The position numbers and the translations under genes were made by a program. From NCBI GenBank assembly GCA_051362555.1, contig CM120644.1, positions 1,620,954 through 1,684,953 on the forward strand: 64,000 nt of DNA, in the 5' to 3' direction. Below the pieces are notes generated by a model that had not been told where the DNA came from, ran no database searches, and saw only the letters and a list, made by a program, of their open reading frames with translations. Positions 28,239 through 43,200 of the stretch are shown in pieces; the stretch's first letter is position 1, and the number at the start of each line of letters is the position of its first letter. The stretch comes from Lingula anatina. Its lineage: Eukaryota; Animalia; Brachiopoda.

Positions 28239-31200
28239 ATGTAACATCCACAATGAGAATAATTGTCTCTGAAGTTCTGGCAAACTTTAGATAGTGTTCT
28301 TTATTTTTAGACAGATGTAAAAATTAAGTTACTATAAATATTGCTGTATATATTGTTAGACATGAGTGGACACAAACTGTTCTAAATCTTCTTGTTAAGC
28401 CCACTTCATGGTAAAAGGTCACAACATTTGGCCAAATTGTAATCAACCACACACAGCCTGTTCAAAACAGGCCCTACTTAAACAGGGATCATTTAAGTAA
28501 TGCCAACAGATGACCAGAATAATGTTACAAGAGGGTAAAAAGTATATGGCACAAGAGATCAGATGGGGGTACCTTTCAGAGCTCTTTTACCACTGGGTGG
28601 CACTGTGATGTCAGCTGGACTCTTTCCAGTTAAGGTTAAGACAGTTCTGAACGCGCTTCACAAAGCGTGGTCAAAATTATTACAGAAAAGATGCCACCAA
28701 AGAGAAAGATAAGCAGCATTAATGACCTGCAAACAATGATATGATTTGAGATCAATAAAAACAGCTGCATTTATAGATAACTCATCAGAGCAGTGAAGTG
28801 AAGTGTAATCATGTAGAGAGAAGCTGAAGGAGATGGATATTTGACAATCTGCACAACTGCTAAATTTATATAAGTGGATTACTAAAACAAGTAGGCAGGA
28901 CACTCTTGTGTTGATTAAAACATGACACATTTACATATTTACATTTAAGTATATCTTAGCTGTATGTGCAAACTAGATCTAGATACTGGTGCCACTACCA
29001 AACCAAAGCTACATAGAGTGTATGGACATGCCAGGAGGAAAAAGTAAGTTTTTTATTGCTTCTGAAATTTTACATAACAACCAATTCATTAGTACCCAAT
29101 TAATTGACACATTTTTTTGGTAAATCTTTTTCATTAAATGCACTTGCATACAAAACTCCCAAATTCATACAGTTAAGAATTTCATATTAAATGTTATAAA
29201 TAGACATCGTAGTACATATATATATATATATCAAATGCACTTGTATTTCCAAGCCTTTTTTCAACATCTACTCTTTGTCCAGCATTCACAGTACTTTCTA
29301 AGGATCTAGAGCTTCATCCTATGCTGACCAGTTAATTGAACAAGTTAATTTGCAACCTTGCAAATATGTGCCCATTAAACCTGCATGCTTTCATGAATAT
29401 TTACTGACTTCATTTGTATTGAATACAGGACAAATCCAGTGAGCACTGTAAATAAGTATGTCTGTAAACAAATGCGTTTGTTCCCTAAGAGTGAATGATC
29501 AAAAATTTTACTGGCCAAATTTTTTTGCCATATTTCAACAACAAAATAATAGTAATAGAGTGATAGTATTTACTCCATTTTTGCAAAATTATTTTTAGTT
29601 TTTTCTAGCTACAGAATGTCCCTGTTCAAGATAAAATGTTACATCTGCAAGGCAACAACTATTCATCTTAGACATCTAGGCAATTCTCCTTCATTTCTTC
29701 TTATCATTTTCTCAAACCTGGAAGCCTGAATTCTGATTTTGAGTTTTCCTTTCATTATATTGGAAATGGAAATGTCACTCCTAAGGATCCACAACAATAA
29801 TTACAACAGGAATCAATATCAAAAGCAAGAAGTTCCGTCTGGTATTGCTTCCAGGACACCAACAAAGTTATTGAACACAATTGTGCCAATTAATCATGAA
29901 ATCAGAGCTGATAGTTGGCTCTTTTTTTTTCAATCACCACTGGCAATTATACGTAAGTAAGTGTAATCTGACCTAAGTGTAGCACTCTGCCTCTATTTAA
30001 CCAAAGGACAATCATGCCATGATTTTATTTCTAAAGTTTGTCAATAAGCCATAATAGGTCAATCTATGTCCTAATAAACCAGAAGTCAATTAGCTTGGTT
30101 CAGAAAGAAGGCATTTGGAACACATAAATGGAAAGCAAAAGAAACAGTTTCCAGACAGATATTTATAGTACCAACCACTGACTAAGCCTGCATCTAAATT
30201 TAACATATGCATTTTGTGAATTGTTCTGTTAGATCTTTTATTTCATTTTTGCCTTAAAAGCTATAATAACTACACATAATTCCAATAAATGGCATATTTC
30301 CAACCCTGTACAGTACTAACTACATCACTTAAATAGTGTTACACTGTAATGTGTTGATTAGGCTACTGCATTAAATGATGTAAGATAATATCCTTTCAGC
30401 TTTCCAACATCCCTTGCCAATATTCTGATGATTATATTTGGGCTACATTTTGGCTTGTTGTATCAAAATGATATAATTTATCATGTATATCATCTACATT
30501 AGAGCACTTCCAGAACTGCATTAACTGGAATCCATTTTTTCAGCTATCTAATAGTCCTCACATGGCTGCTCAAGCTTACTAAATAGATATTGTTAAATGC
30601 AGGGTTCTGTATCTATACAGTAACAAAATACTATGACAGCTGAGGACTTGTTGCAATGGCTTTCAGCTGTACCCTATAATGTATATTTGAGGTGGTCTTT
30701 GTTCTACTAACTGGCACCCAGTGTGGGAGGTGTTGAAGCTGAGGACAGCTTCATTTATTTTTGTTCCTAAATAGCATTTCCACCAAGGAATCCAGAGACT
30801 AATAATACACACATACATGTCCTATGCTTGGCCATATTCACCTGATGATGTATTGCCAGAGTATCTTTGTTCTAAAAGGTCTTAATTTCTTTATCAATGA
30901 ACAAATGGAAAACAAGAACACCCATAATCCTGCAATCATTAATAACAATCTTCTATCTGAGCTGGAGGTACTTTGTAACATTACTATAACCTGTATTACC
31001 AGGAGTTTCCTTGTTACCAGCCAATATATCATTTCTGGATTATACTTGGGGGGGGAGGGGTACCTCAACATGTTTTCTACAACATAATTATCTATAACAA
31101 GTCACTCTGTCATGGAGGACTCCTTATTAACACTGTAGTCATATCACAGCACCCTGGGTATCACAGCACAGACTGTGACAACACATGAACTCTGTTCTCT

Positions 31201-34200
31201 ACTGTGTGGTAACACTGTAGTCATATCACAGCACCCTGGGTATCACAGCACAGACTGTGACAACACATGAACTCTGTTATCTACTGTGTGGTAACACTGT
31301 AGTCATATCAGAGCACCCTGGGTATCACAGCACAGACTGTGACAACACATGAACTCTGTTCTCTACTGTGTGGTAACACTGTAGTCATATCAGAGCACCC
31401 TGGGTATCACAGCACAGACTGTGACAACACATGAACTCTGTTATCTACTGTGTGGTAACACTGTAGTCATATCAGAGCACCCTGGGTATCACAGCACAGA
31501 CTGTGACAACACATGAACTCTGTTATCTACTGTGTGGTAACACTGTAGTCATATCACAGCACCCTGGGTATCATAGCACAGGCTGTGACAACACATGAAC
31601 TCTGTTCTCTGTTCAGAAACTATGGCATGGTGTGTGTGTGTGTGTGTGTGTGTGGTTTATTAGGTGAGTGTCTAACATTTCTAAAAGGCAGACTGTGTTT
31701 TTATGTACATTAAAAACTGAAAACCTTATCCAGCACTAAATACCCTCTATTACATGTACTTCCTTTCACTTATTACATTTATTACTCTCTTTCAGGAATT
31801 TCATCAGTTTTGTTAAGCACATAAAGTTTAATATCACAATTCAAAGTTCAATTAAAACTACATGGCTTCATCAGGGCTTCTGACTTCCAGTGATGAGTAA
31901 CAATAACTCTTGCATCATGCAAGTACAAACCACATAAAAAACATTCTGTTCATTAATCCCTTAATCATTCCTCCCCAACCCCACATAGTATTCCATGGGT
32001 AACTGTACCAGAAGACAAATGACTTGGTGAGACATCTACCTACACACTGCCTGGAATGCTACAAAGAATAATGCCATAAAAAACTGTATTCCTAATTACG
32101 ATTGATGCTTGACAAGACAAAAAGTTTCCGGGTATAAATCTTATCATGCAATTTTGATAAAATAAAAGCACCCAGTATATGTAATTAGGAATATTGGGAA
32201 TGGAAAATTTATGACTGTAGTCAAGTTAAATAATGTAATGGTAATTTTTCAATGTTATTAACCAGCTCCAAACACAGGCAAACATACTGAAGACTGAATT
32301 AACTGTATTAATAATCAAAAATGTACAGAAAAAAGCATTATGTCAGTCACCATGAATAAACAACATTGCAGTAAATTCCTGAAAATGGCTGATATACTGA
32401 AAATGGCATTTTTTCATCTGATTCACTAATAAAGCTAATTCAATTAATTTGTGCTATTCTCTGAAATAATGTGTCTTATTGCCTTGGTAATGAAATATTG
32501 CAATATTTTCTGGGATATGATGAAATGGTACATCTAGCTATCAGTTCCAGAAACTCAATTTCACAGAAGGCCTCTGATCCTGCTGAAAAGATGTCTGATA
32601 AATTGTCTAATTGTAAACTGTACATGTCAGTAACCTTTGAAATGTTTTCACTGATTGAGAACACCATTTCCTCAATCTATTTCCATATCATCGGTCAGGG
32701 AAATTGAAAAAAAAAGAAAGAAAAGCAGCAAAATGTACACTGGTTAATTTCAGTGGCCAAACTTTTCAGAATATTTGATTGAAAATCAGATGACAGGAGA
32801 AAATGTTCAATACAGAAACCCTTGCAGGCATACAATACAGTGCTAGTACCCATAAAACTAGATGGCCAAAATGTGTAGCAACTGGCTAAACCTAAAGTGC
32901 AGGAGAATATCTGATATATTTTAAAGCATTGAAGAACATATTATCTGTGAACATGGCCCAGTAACAAATCTTCTTGACACTGACACTTGTGAATTCCCAA
33001 GCTACAAAATGACAAGGAGATTTTCTTCTTGAAAAAAAAAAATCAATGGAGGTTGTTTACGCACTTTATCTGAAGAACCCATCTTCTATTTCATGAGGAA
33101 ATATTGCTACATGAAACTTCAACACGTGGAGAAGGCAATGCCATACAGATTTTTATGGATTTTAACTGGAAGGAACTTGATATTGGGGGTTGCTCATTCT
33201 ACCAACACTAAAATAATTTTTAAAAAAATTATCTAAATTAGCTTAAAAAAAAGGCCTCAATGTAAGCATTCAAGATAAACGATCTGTTAAGCAATCCACA
33301 AAAGAAAAAAAAAAAGTTATTACTTTTCATTTTCATGTTGCTTGGTGACATTAAACCAGCAGTCATCCTTGCCAAATGTCACTTAGCAGAGTGGAACTAA
33401 TGACAGATCAAACCATCTATGATGTTACCCCAGTAGTTGTAGTGTTTTGTTACAAAAAAAGGCATATTGAGTTGTTAATAAAAGCTATGCCTGGGTCTGA
33501 GAACAACTTGCCTTGGGTACATTGCAGGAAACGTCCACTTTATAAAACAGCTGGGATAAATAGAAGGAAATGTCTACTTAGTTCAATTTGGTCTTTATTT
33601 TTAAATGGTCAATTTAGATCTGGTTTTTAGGTCAGGGACAGCAACCTGTGGTTTCAGAGAAAGAGAGAGAGAATAAGGATATTTATGAAACTGGTCCAAA
33701 AGAGCCAAAATAAAATGAGTACCAATAGATGAAAAGTTTGTACCTAACAGAGGGAACAATTTTCAAATTACAGTAATCAATATATACAGACTTCAATTCC
33801 TTAGCCAAATTCTGATGAAGATAAATTGATCTCCAAATTGGCAGATAATGTCAAGCCCTAGCTATCCAGAGAACAATACTAGGCTTTCAAACCCAGCACA
33901 ATTCTTGGTGCCATATGCATGTCTTTTAACAAAGTGCACAGTTAGGCCCCATTCAGAACAGGGGACTAACTAGCCTGAGGTTCAAATATGGCAACCCACT
34001 ACAAAGCTTGCCATTTAATCAGCTAAATAAATATAACATACACTGAATAGATATCCCGTGAGGAAGTATTCAAGTGGGTCGGCCATATTTGACCCTCGGC
34101 CTAGTTGGTCCACTGTTCTGAATGCTACCATAAAAGAAGAATAATAAACGCTTTAATTTGAACAAACAACCACCTCAGCCTGGCAAACTGGATTAAGACA

Positions 34201-37200
34201 CTGAACAATTCAGACAGACGTCACTTAAAACAGACAGTAAAAGATGAACTAGTAACTTAAAGATACTCTGCTGGCTGTCACTGATAAAGACCAAAAAGAT
34301 GATCTGTTTTATCTTGCTGAAGATGGAAGGAACACCAGACTGTATCTCATTACTGAAACATGCGATTAGATCATTTTTTCTGTACGGCCTTACAACAAAG
34401 CTGTACACTGCAGTGCATATACGTAGAAATATTTATCTTAAATTAAGTCAAGTGAAGCATTATACATATTTATATATTTTTGTTACTTTCAATAAGCAAA
34501 AAAATGTACTTATTTCAGCAAAGGAAGCAATTTTAATGTCTGAAAGGGTAGCTTATATAAGAAAATAAAAGATACAGACCACAAAAATTTGAAAAAATGC
34601 CACTTCAAGACCATTTCTCACATTTTTTTTTTCACTGAGGATGCAACCCACACGTTTTTTTTATTGTTTTTCTGCTGAACAGAAAGGGCCATTTCAACAA
34701 AAAGCTTAGAATAATGGCTCATTTCCCTTGAGCATATTGTTTCAATGATTCAATTTGAACACGTTATGCAACACCAAATTCTCTCGTTACAAGTTACACA
34801 GCAGAGAACAGGCTTAACAAATCTAATCTAAAACATCTCTGTCAACCTGTCTTCTCTAATAAGACCATATGTATTGAATCTTCTCAGGCTTTGTTGGTTA
34901 TCTAGACAGTAAAGACCATAGTGCACTGATTTAAGATTCTAAGTACTGCCAGCACTGGAAATGGCACTTGCTGACAGGATCTGCACTATGGTGGCCATTA
35001 TGTTTTAAGTTTCCGTTAAAAAAATCTTTCTGCTACCTAAATAAACTCTTTAAAAATTAAGGCCCCTTTACACCGACTTATATTAGTGCTAGGACAAATG
35101 TTTTACAGTTTATCACAGTACACTGTGAGGTCTACAGCTCATTTTTTGCCAAGCTACTCAGTAATGCTCCCAAGTCACTTTTGCTTCTGTAATAAATAAA
35201 ATTAAGCTTTTTTAAAAGCTGTTATCCATCATAAACAGATAGTACAGCTCTTAACCATGCGTTCATGTGTATCTTTCATTTCAAGGCCATTTTCTATCAC
35301 ACTGTACCCTGAATAACACAGTGTAGGAAGTGACTAACTTCTTCCCAGCAGGTGCTTGCTGAAAATATGGATGGGTTTTCATTTGACGCTAAACCTCAGA
35401 CTAGGTACTGTATACCCAAAAACTCTATTTAATTTGCTGTAAAAAAAAAAAGAATAACCAGCAAGTATTAACTGCAAGTAATCAATTATTTAAAACCAGA
35501 ACTCAACAAACAGTCCAGGAATTGGATTAATGGCCTTGTCAGTGAATTCTCAAGCTGCTTTTGTTGAGAAAATACTTCAAATCATACAGCAAAGCTTTTA
35601 AGCACACAGTAACACTAAATAGAGGGACTGTTTTAGAAAGTAATCTGTTGGATCAATTTGTTAGCTTTAATATCTTTTAATGCCATATTCAAAATAAGGC
35701 AAATCAGGTAAAAAAATATATATAATGGATGTCTTCATTACATAGTACCTTAATCAAATTAGTTATAACTCTAACAAAATGTTCATTTCAAAGTGACTAT
35801 TTGCAGTCTGAATTATTGATGTTACTCTAAACGTTTATAAAAGTAGTCATACTCATCATGGTACCTTTCATGCATCAATTCTACCTGTACTAAAGTAGTG
35901 GCAATAATGCATCTGGTACATACATTGTGATGGCTTTTAAATCATTCATTAGTGCATTACAAAAAACTTTATAACAGATATAAAATATTTATGTTCTTAA
36001 AAGTATATATTGTTAGTCATGACAGTGCATTGAAGTATGAAGTCAATGGTACCATGGTACCAAGAAAATCCTCCCCTGGTAATTTACATAAATGTATAAT
36101 GGCATCAAGTAAAACTGAAGGGACACAGGATTATCCTTGTCTCATACACTTTTAACTGGCAAAAAAGTATAAATGAAATAGGGACTCTTTTTTTAGAATA
36201 ACCTTACTGATACACTGGTGATTTCATGAACCCAATGAACCCAATTTATTACATTTAAAAAATTAATAAAAGCAATTAACTTATAATTTATATTTTTCCA
36301 CAAATATAAGTATAAACTGAATAGAAAGCATGGAGAATGTTACACTGATATCAATCCAATGAGACCTGTTCATTTTAATCTCCAAGTGTGCAGGTCTCAG
36401 CTTTAGAAGTGTCAGTGGGTTGTGACACACACACACACACACACACACTACATGTAGGTACTGGTTGGCTGGCAGCAGTGAGAGACACATACAGTACAAC
36501 TTGCCTCAATGACCTGCCACTCTGCTGTACTGCAATAGGACACATAGGATGACAACCTTAATGGGACTTCCACCTCATTTTACAGCTGGAGGGACATTAG
36601 TCCATATCCTTTCATATTGAGGCCAATTACTCAATGTTTGCACAATAACTAGCTGGGGCAGGTTTTCAAGGTACCTTGCGGCCATTTCAGTGGAGTTATT
36701 TTTTTAAAGTTGAAGGAAGACATGCCAAGTCCAGCCTGGGGCAGTGATGACTCCATAACCAGACTTGAATCAACCATTGAATACCAGACGTGAAAACAGA
36801 CTTGGATTTGCAGTGATTTTGTGTAAATATTTATGACCAAAATGAGGAAGAGATAAGTAGGTTCCTTGTAGCCTGGGGAAGAAATTTTTTATACACTTTA
36901 GACCCATTTCAACTTAGTGATGGCTATAAGAAGAAACAACTGGTTTTGATTTGCAATTGGCAAACTAAAAGGTATGTAAAGCACTGGGTTAATCTCTATA
37001 ATTCGTTACTCTATATTTCATTACAGCATACTGTAGGATGATTTTTCTTTCGATATTCTGTCTACCTATTAAAGTATCTTTCATTATTGATTATTACTGT
37101 ATTGATATTTGAAAGTTTCTGGAATGGCTTAATATCAAATCAAAGACAGACTCCAAATTTCAGAAACACACCCTGTAATTGCCACAATGAGAGATAAAGT

Positions 37201-40200
37201 AAAGATGTCCTTATAAAAAACTTTCATTACACATGCATGCATTGGCATATCAAGGGTTTTAGTTTAGAAGAGGGCAAGGGAGAGCATGGAGGGTTTATAT
37301 ATAAAACTCTCTGCAATCCCTATCCCTCCTTCAGGCCAGTTCTCACATAGTAAGTCACCATGATAAACACACTGATTCATGACATCCATCCAACAGCAAG
37401 TATTTTTTACTACAAATACAATTAATCAATAACACCAAGTTTTCCATAGGTAACATTACATCATATTGCACCAGTTGGTATGGAGGGTATGGGAACAATT
37501 TAGGAATAAAATAGGAATATAACATTTACTGAATGGTATATCATCATTACTGGTGAAATGAAAAAGGACTGAAAATACTCCAGTGATGTTGTTTGTGTTA
37601 TGTGAGGTAGAACACAGTGTGAAAGCAATTACTAAAATGTACAAAGTAACATATTTCTAGGCTTGAACAAAGGTGCAATTTTTATCAACCAAGGAATGTA
37701 ATTTTATAGCAGCCATGAGATATGAATGAAGTCATTTAATGCCATTTTGACACAACAGCAAGTGCAGATATTTATATTCCTAGGGGCGTCATTACTTCCT
37801 TTATCATTCTAACACTGGCTCACATTAGTCTTCACAATAGCTACTGAATCCTTCAGTGTCCAGAACAATATCAAAAGGTAAGTGATTTAGGAGATCAAAA
37901 AAATATCAGAAAGGGAAGTGCACTCAACATGTAAGTAATCTAATTATGAATTCATAAACTACTGTGTTAAAAAGCAACATGTCTTTGTTCCAATGCCAGT
38001 AAAACCATTTCAAACATTTTTCTGAAGCCATATCAATGTACCAAATGGTTCACTTCAAAGCTAGCTCTGACATATAATACACATGAATATCCCTGGAGAG
38101 GGCAGGGCTCCCTAGAGTGGACTGAGCAGGTTAGAGCCACAGTAAGGCTCTGTGAACTGGTGCATGCATTCATATTCTTCAAGTGTCAGGCCTGGTGGAG
38201 GCAGTGACAATCATGGTCCCCCAGTTTACTCTTTTTTCAGTTGACTGGATGAGCTCATTGTTGGGCAGTTGTAGATTTGTTGCAAAGGCATTAAGGCTGT
38301 CAATGTATGATGTTCTAAATGTCTTCCTCTACTCCTTCCTCCTTCAATTTTGCCCACAGAGTACATTCATTTTGGAAAAGTTAAAACCATGATAGAACTG
38401 AGGTTAGGGGTCTAAAATTGCTAGTGTGAACGGGATTAATGTTACTGTGAGCAGTGACACTTTTGATATAGGAAAAACAGCAGCAGCCAGCTTACTTAGA
38501 GCAGAAATAGACTGAATGACTTCATCTGGCAGTGTTCACAAAGGAGCTATCTTAGACCAAAAATAGACTAAATGGCATCATGTGGCAGTGTTTACAACAG
38601 AGCTAACTTAGACCAGAAATAGACTAAATGACATCATCAAGTAACTATCTCACACTGATCAGACCTGCTGAGACTCTAATAAGTATAGTGAGGCACATGA
38701 GGATGAAATAATGCAGCCATCTAAGTAAATGACACTCTTTTCAACACCTCTGCTGAAAGCCTTCATTCATTACTTATCAGCAGTCATTGTATACATGATA
38801 ATTAAACACACTGCATTTAGATGCATGATCATTTTCTACTCATTTATGTACTAAAGCAACCAATCTAATAGATAGGACTCAATTCACAGATGTGATTTTG
38901 ACTGCATTACATCAAATGGAGTCCTAAAGTCATGTCCAAACCACAACCAATCTAATAGATAGGACTCAATTCACAGATGTGATTTTGACTGCATTACATC
39001 AAATGGAGTCCTAAAGTCATGTCCAAACCATCAACTTATTAATTGAAGACAAAAGGAAATGCACCACAGAATACATTGATGAAAGTTTTTTAGTTGATAT
39101 TTAGTTGATAGTTTTGCAAGCTTACACTGCCATGATTGCCAACACCTATGGTGCTCAAAGTGAAGATGATTTATTGTACTTAATGTTACATAGTGGGGGG
39201 CACCTCACTACAAAGTGATGGTATAGTACTGGATGTGAGGATTATGTACTAAAATGAATCCCTTGACACAAGATTTACTATATAATGAAAGTGCTCTAAA
39301 TGGAAACTAGTGTGACTTAAGCACTAAGTTGCACTTTGATGCTATGTAATAAAATTAAAAAAAAAACTGACGGATAACTTATTTTGGCTGAAATTCTGAT
39401 AGAACTTAAGATGATTTGATAATTTTATTTTCAAATTAAGTCAACCCAGAATAATTTATTATTTTTACATGTATTCTGGCATGTTTTTTTTTTTTTGGAC
39501 TACATGTAAAACCAGAGAATAGAAATACACTTTTTGTAATCAGCTCTCATTTATAATAAGTGTACTATGTATATATACGTATGTACATGTAACTCGGTCA
39601 ATTCACTCTTTAATAAATGGTAACTAGACAGATACACATGCACCTCTAACGTCTAGACAAGTCCAGATTTGTCAAGCACCATGCCTTTCTACACACGTAT
39701 AGCAAAATCAATGCCAGCTCCCTAATTTGGGAGCAACATGAAAGAAGCACATCTCTCACGGAAATTACTCATTTGCCAAACAATTAAAGGCACATTATCA
39801 CCTGGTTACACAGAGAAACAACCCCGAGGTTCTGACTTACAGTGGCAACTGTTTAAATAAATACAGAACATCAGTTAGACGACATTATGCCCATGAAACT
39901 CGGGGCACAGTGGAATAGGGTGGAATCTTGTCTACCTGTGAGCAGCTTTTGAAAAGTCACGGCTGTCATTTCTGTGCTAAAATATTACCTGACAACAAAT
40001 GCTGGTGGATAGGTTTTCAATCTAAAATGACAAACATTGCACTGAATTAGCCTGGCTTTATGGAGCACATGTTTACTGGCAACCGAAGTGATGATGATGA
40101 TATTTCATGAGGATGACATTTTGTTTAGGAAACAAAATTACCAGGAAAACTTCTTCCTATACCTTGCTCTTAATTGATTTAACAGATTGAATGCTAATGT

Positions 40201-43200
40201 GCTTTTTTGACTTGTATATTCTTCCTTCCTGTGGTTTTATTCAATATAAAGACAAAATTGTCATTTTTTAAATTAAAAATTTTTGAGAATAAATCAATAA
40301 TCTTTGACAGCTGAAAAGCTCCTATTTGTCTTCACATTTCAACACAGGTGAGTGCATATTTAATTCACTTCATCAACTGGAACCAATCCTAATCCCTGAC
40401 CCAGTTGTGCTTGGGCTCTATGCATGTTACTCCCTTCCAGTTAATTAAACCCTCATAGAAGCACTCACAGTCCAGACAGATTACTCACAGTGGTACAGCT
40501 TATGTGGGGTGGGATGGGGGTTGGGGGGAGGTTATAACTATAATGACTTCGTGCCAGGCTGGTGTGGGGAAATATAATCTGAACATTTCATGAGGGGTTT
40601 TGATTAAGTTTTATAGCAATTCTATAAGGATATGGACTCATTCCCAATGAAACTATCATTTCTGTAGATTGATCCAACTCTGCAGGGACTCTTGCTGAGT
40701 GCAGAACTTGTTGTCAAGCCAAATGGTTAACAAAAAAAAAAAATAAATAAATAATAATAATAATAATATCTGTGCCAAAAACACTGCATATCACATACCA
40801 AAAATATAAAAATATTATTTTTGCTAAAAGTTATATTTTTTTTAATGTATGTACTATTAAGGCCAAGTTAATGAAGTTGATCTTTTTACAGTACTGGTTT
40901 AGAAATATTGTTATGACAAAATAAATTTTAGCTGGGATATGTTGTCAACTGACATCTATTCAAATGAGTAAGTTACATCTATGCACACATTAGCAATCAC
41001 TGATTGTAAAATTAATAATTAATCTAACAGCATTATAACCAGGCACTTTCGTAGCTATGGTCTGCTAATTCTAAAAGCAGCACTGATTAATCTGTTAAAA
41101 AATTCAGATTACAATCTAGGCACAGTCAGCACTCTAATACACTACTTGCACATTTAGTATTACCACTGGACTGTTAATCTATACAAACACAAAAAAATAT
41201 TTTACTTCCTTTTAGTCTTTTCAGAAACAGATCCCAAATCAATATGAAAGTAAATTTGGCATAAAAAGTGCATTGTAGCCCTTTGAAGCTGTTATACTAT
41301 CACTTCTCTGGCCAGTGAGTAGTCAATGAAGTTGGAAAGAGGGAAAACTATCAGAGAGGCTGGTGGTTGCCAATATTTACTATATATAATAAAAATAATA
41401 ATAATGTTAAAAATAAATAAGATGTTTTGCTATAGACATTTGTATGGAACAACATGAATTACAAGGATAAGGAAAAAATGATGAAGGTGAAAATCCAAAG
41501 GTATAGAAGAAAGTGGATTATATAAATACTGTAACATTTAAGTTTAACAAAAATTGAACTTATGGGAATAAAGCATGTACTAAAAGTGTAATTTACAGGA
41601 TAATCTGCTGAGGATATAACAAGCTACTGTGGATTAGTGCTGTGACTTCTCTAACTGCAATGTTGAAGAGGAGAAAAAGCATATCTCCGTCTATATGCAA
41701 TATCTGAAAAAAACGATTACTTTAGCAGAAAAGAGCATCTTGAATAACATCTAATGATACCCAGACAGAAAACATAGCAATGTTTCCCAGTTCACTTTAA
41801 TGTCAGCACAATTGGTGTCATTTTCAGTCTCATTTCATAAAAATTCCCAGTCCCTGTAAATCTCATAACAGCCTTCATTTTACCATATCAGCCATCTTTT
41901 ATAAGATTTCTTCATGGTGTGATTTTTCATTGATGTTATCTAATACTCATGGTTTGTAAGGATTACCACCGTGTTAGACTATTGCCATGATTTTGTATGA
42001 GTTCTCTAATCAATCATATCGGCCTTATAAGCATTCAATCTTTCAAGATTTCTAATGGATGGTTCTCACTTAGCAGATGAAAGTCTCAGTCTCACCACTG
42101 TACACTAAGTCAATGTAACAAGTTCCAGGAAAAAGAACTTAAAAGTACGTAATCATCATCTGGGCAAATTGTTGAATTTGTTTGAAACTTTATCAGTTCA
42201 TTTCATTTTTTATGTACAGACACAGATGTGTCTGTACATATTGCCATCACCTGCGTCTGTCGTCGCCGATGGCGATGGCGATGGCGATGGCGATGCCGAT
42301 GCCGATGCCGGCGCCGTGCACTTTCCTTGTAAACACGATAAGTGGATGGCAGTTTTACTTTTTGGCTTCATATTTACAGAGCTGATGAATATTCATAAAA
42401 CGCAGGTCAAGTTCGAAAATCAGCATGATCGGGCCATTATTGTAGAAGTTATGCTGTTTTTTCACTTTTCAGCATATTTTTCACATTTCCTCAGATTCAA
42501 TTCTTAGGCATGTTAACAGTCTCATTATTAAACTAATAAGATACGTAAAAGTTTTTGTTTGACATTTCCTGCATCTTTACAACATTGTTAGTTGATTTTG
42601 TAAAAATGATGGTAAACTTGTTATCGTGTATTGTGTAATAAAGTTTCAAAAATGGAAATAAACTCATATCATTACAGTTTGTCAGATTCAATCATTCACT
42701 ATGTTCAGAATCTCAGAATGGAAGAAATTGGACATTTAACACTGCTCTATTGATATTTTTCCCATCTCATCAATTTTCTTAGTTGATCATATAAAAATGG
42801 CAGTAAACTGTTAATTTTGTTTTATGTTAAAAATTGTTAAAAATGGAAAAAAAAAAAACATTTCAGAACAGTGCTGTCTTGTTTACATTTTGGCATTTTC
42901 AAGTTGTGACTTTGAAGTTCCATGGGCCTGAAGACCTTTGCTAGTCACATTTTCTGAATATCCATGATACTAATATTTTATTATTAAAAATTGATGGTCA
43001 TTATGCTGTTAAACATTATGTAATATTGCATCAAAATTTGAAAAAAACCTATTTTGGGCACTGCTCCCATGATGACCATTTAAGAACAAGGCAGCAAAGC
43101 TGTCAAATGTACAGACAAAAAGCAGGAAATAACTATGCACAAAATAGGCTACTGTCAATTCTGATGCAAAAGTACATTATGTTAAACTGCAAATTCAACA

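Noticed and set aside
31128-31610. CRISPR-like regular array
   Set aside because: Whole units repeat with no unique spacers, there are no cas genes, and the context is a eukaryotic intron, so it is a minisatellite.
26600-42200. Short 60-90 aa ORFs in the giant intron
   Set aside because: They are AT-rich, lack recognisable motifs and consistent splice signals, and have lengths expected by chance.
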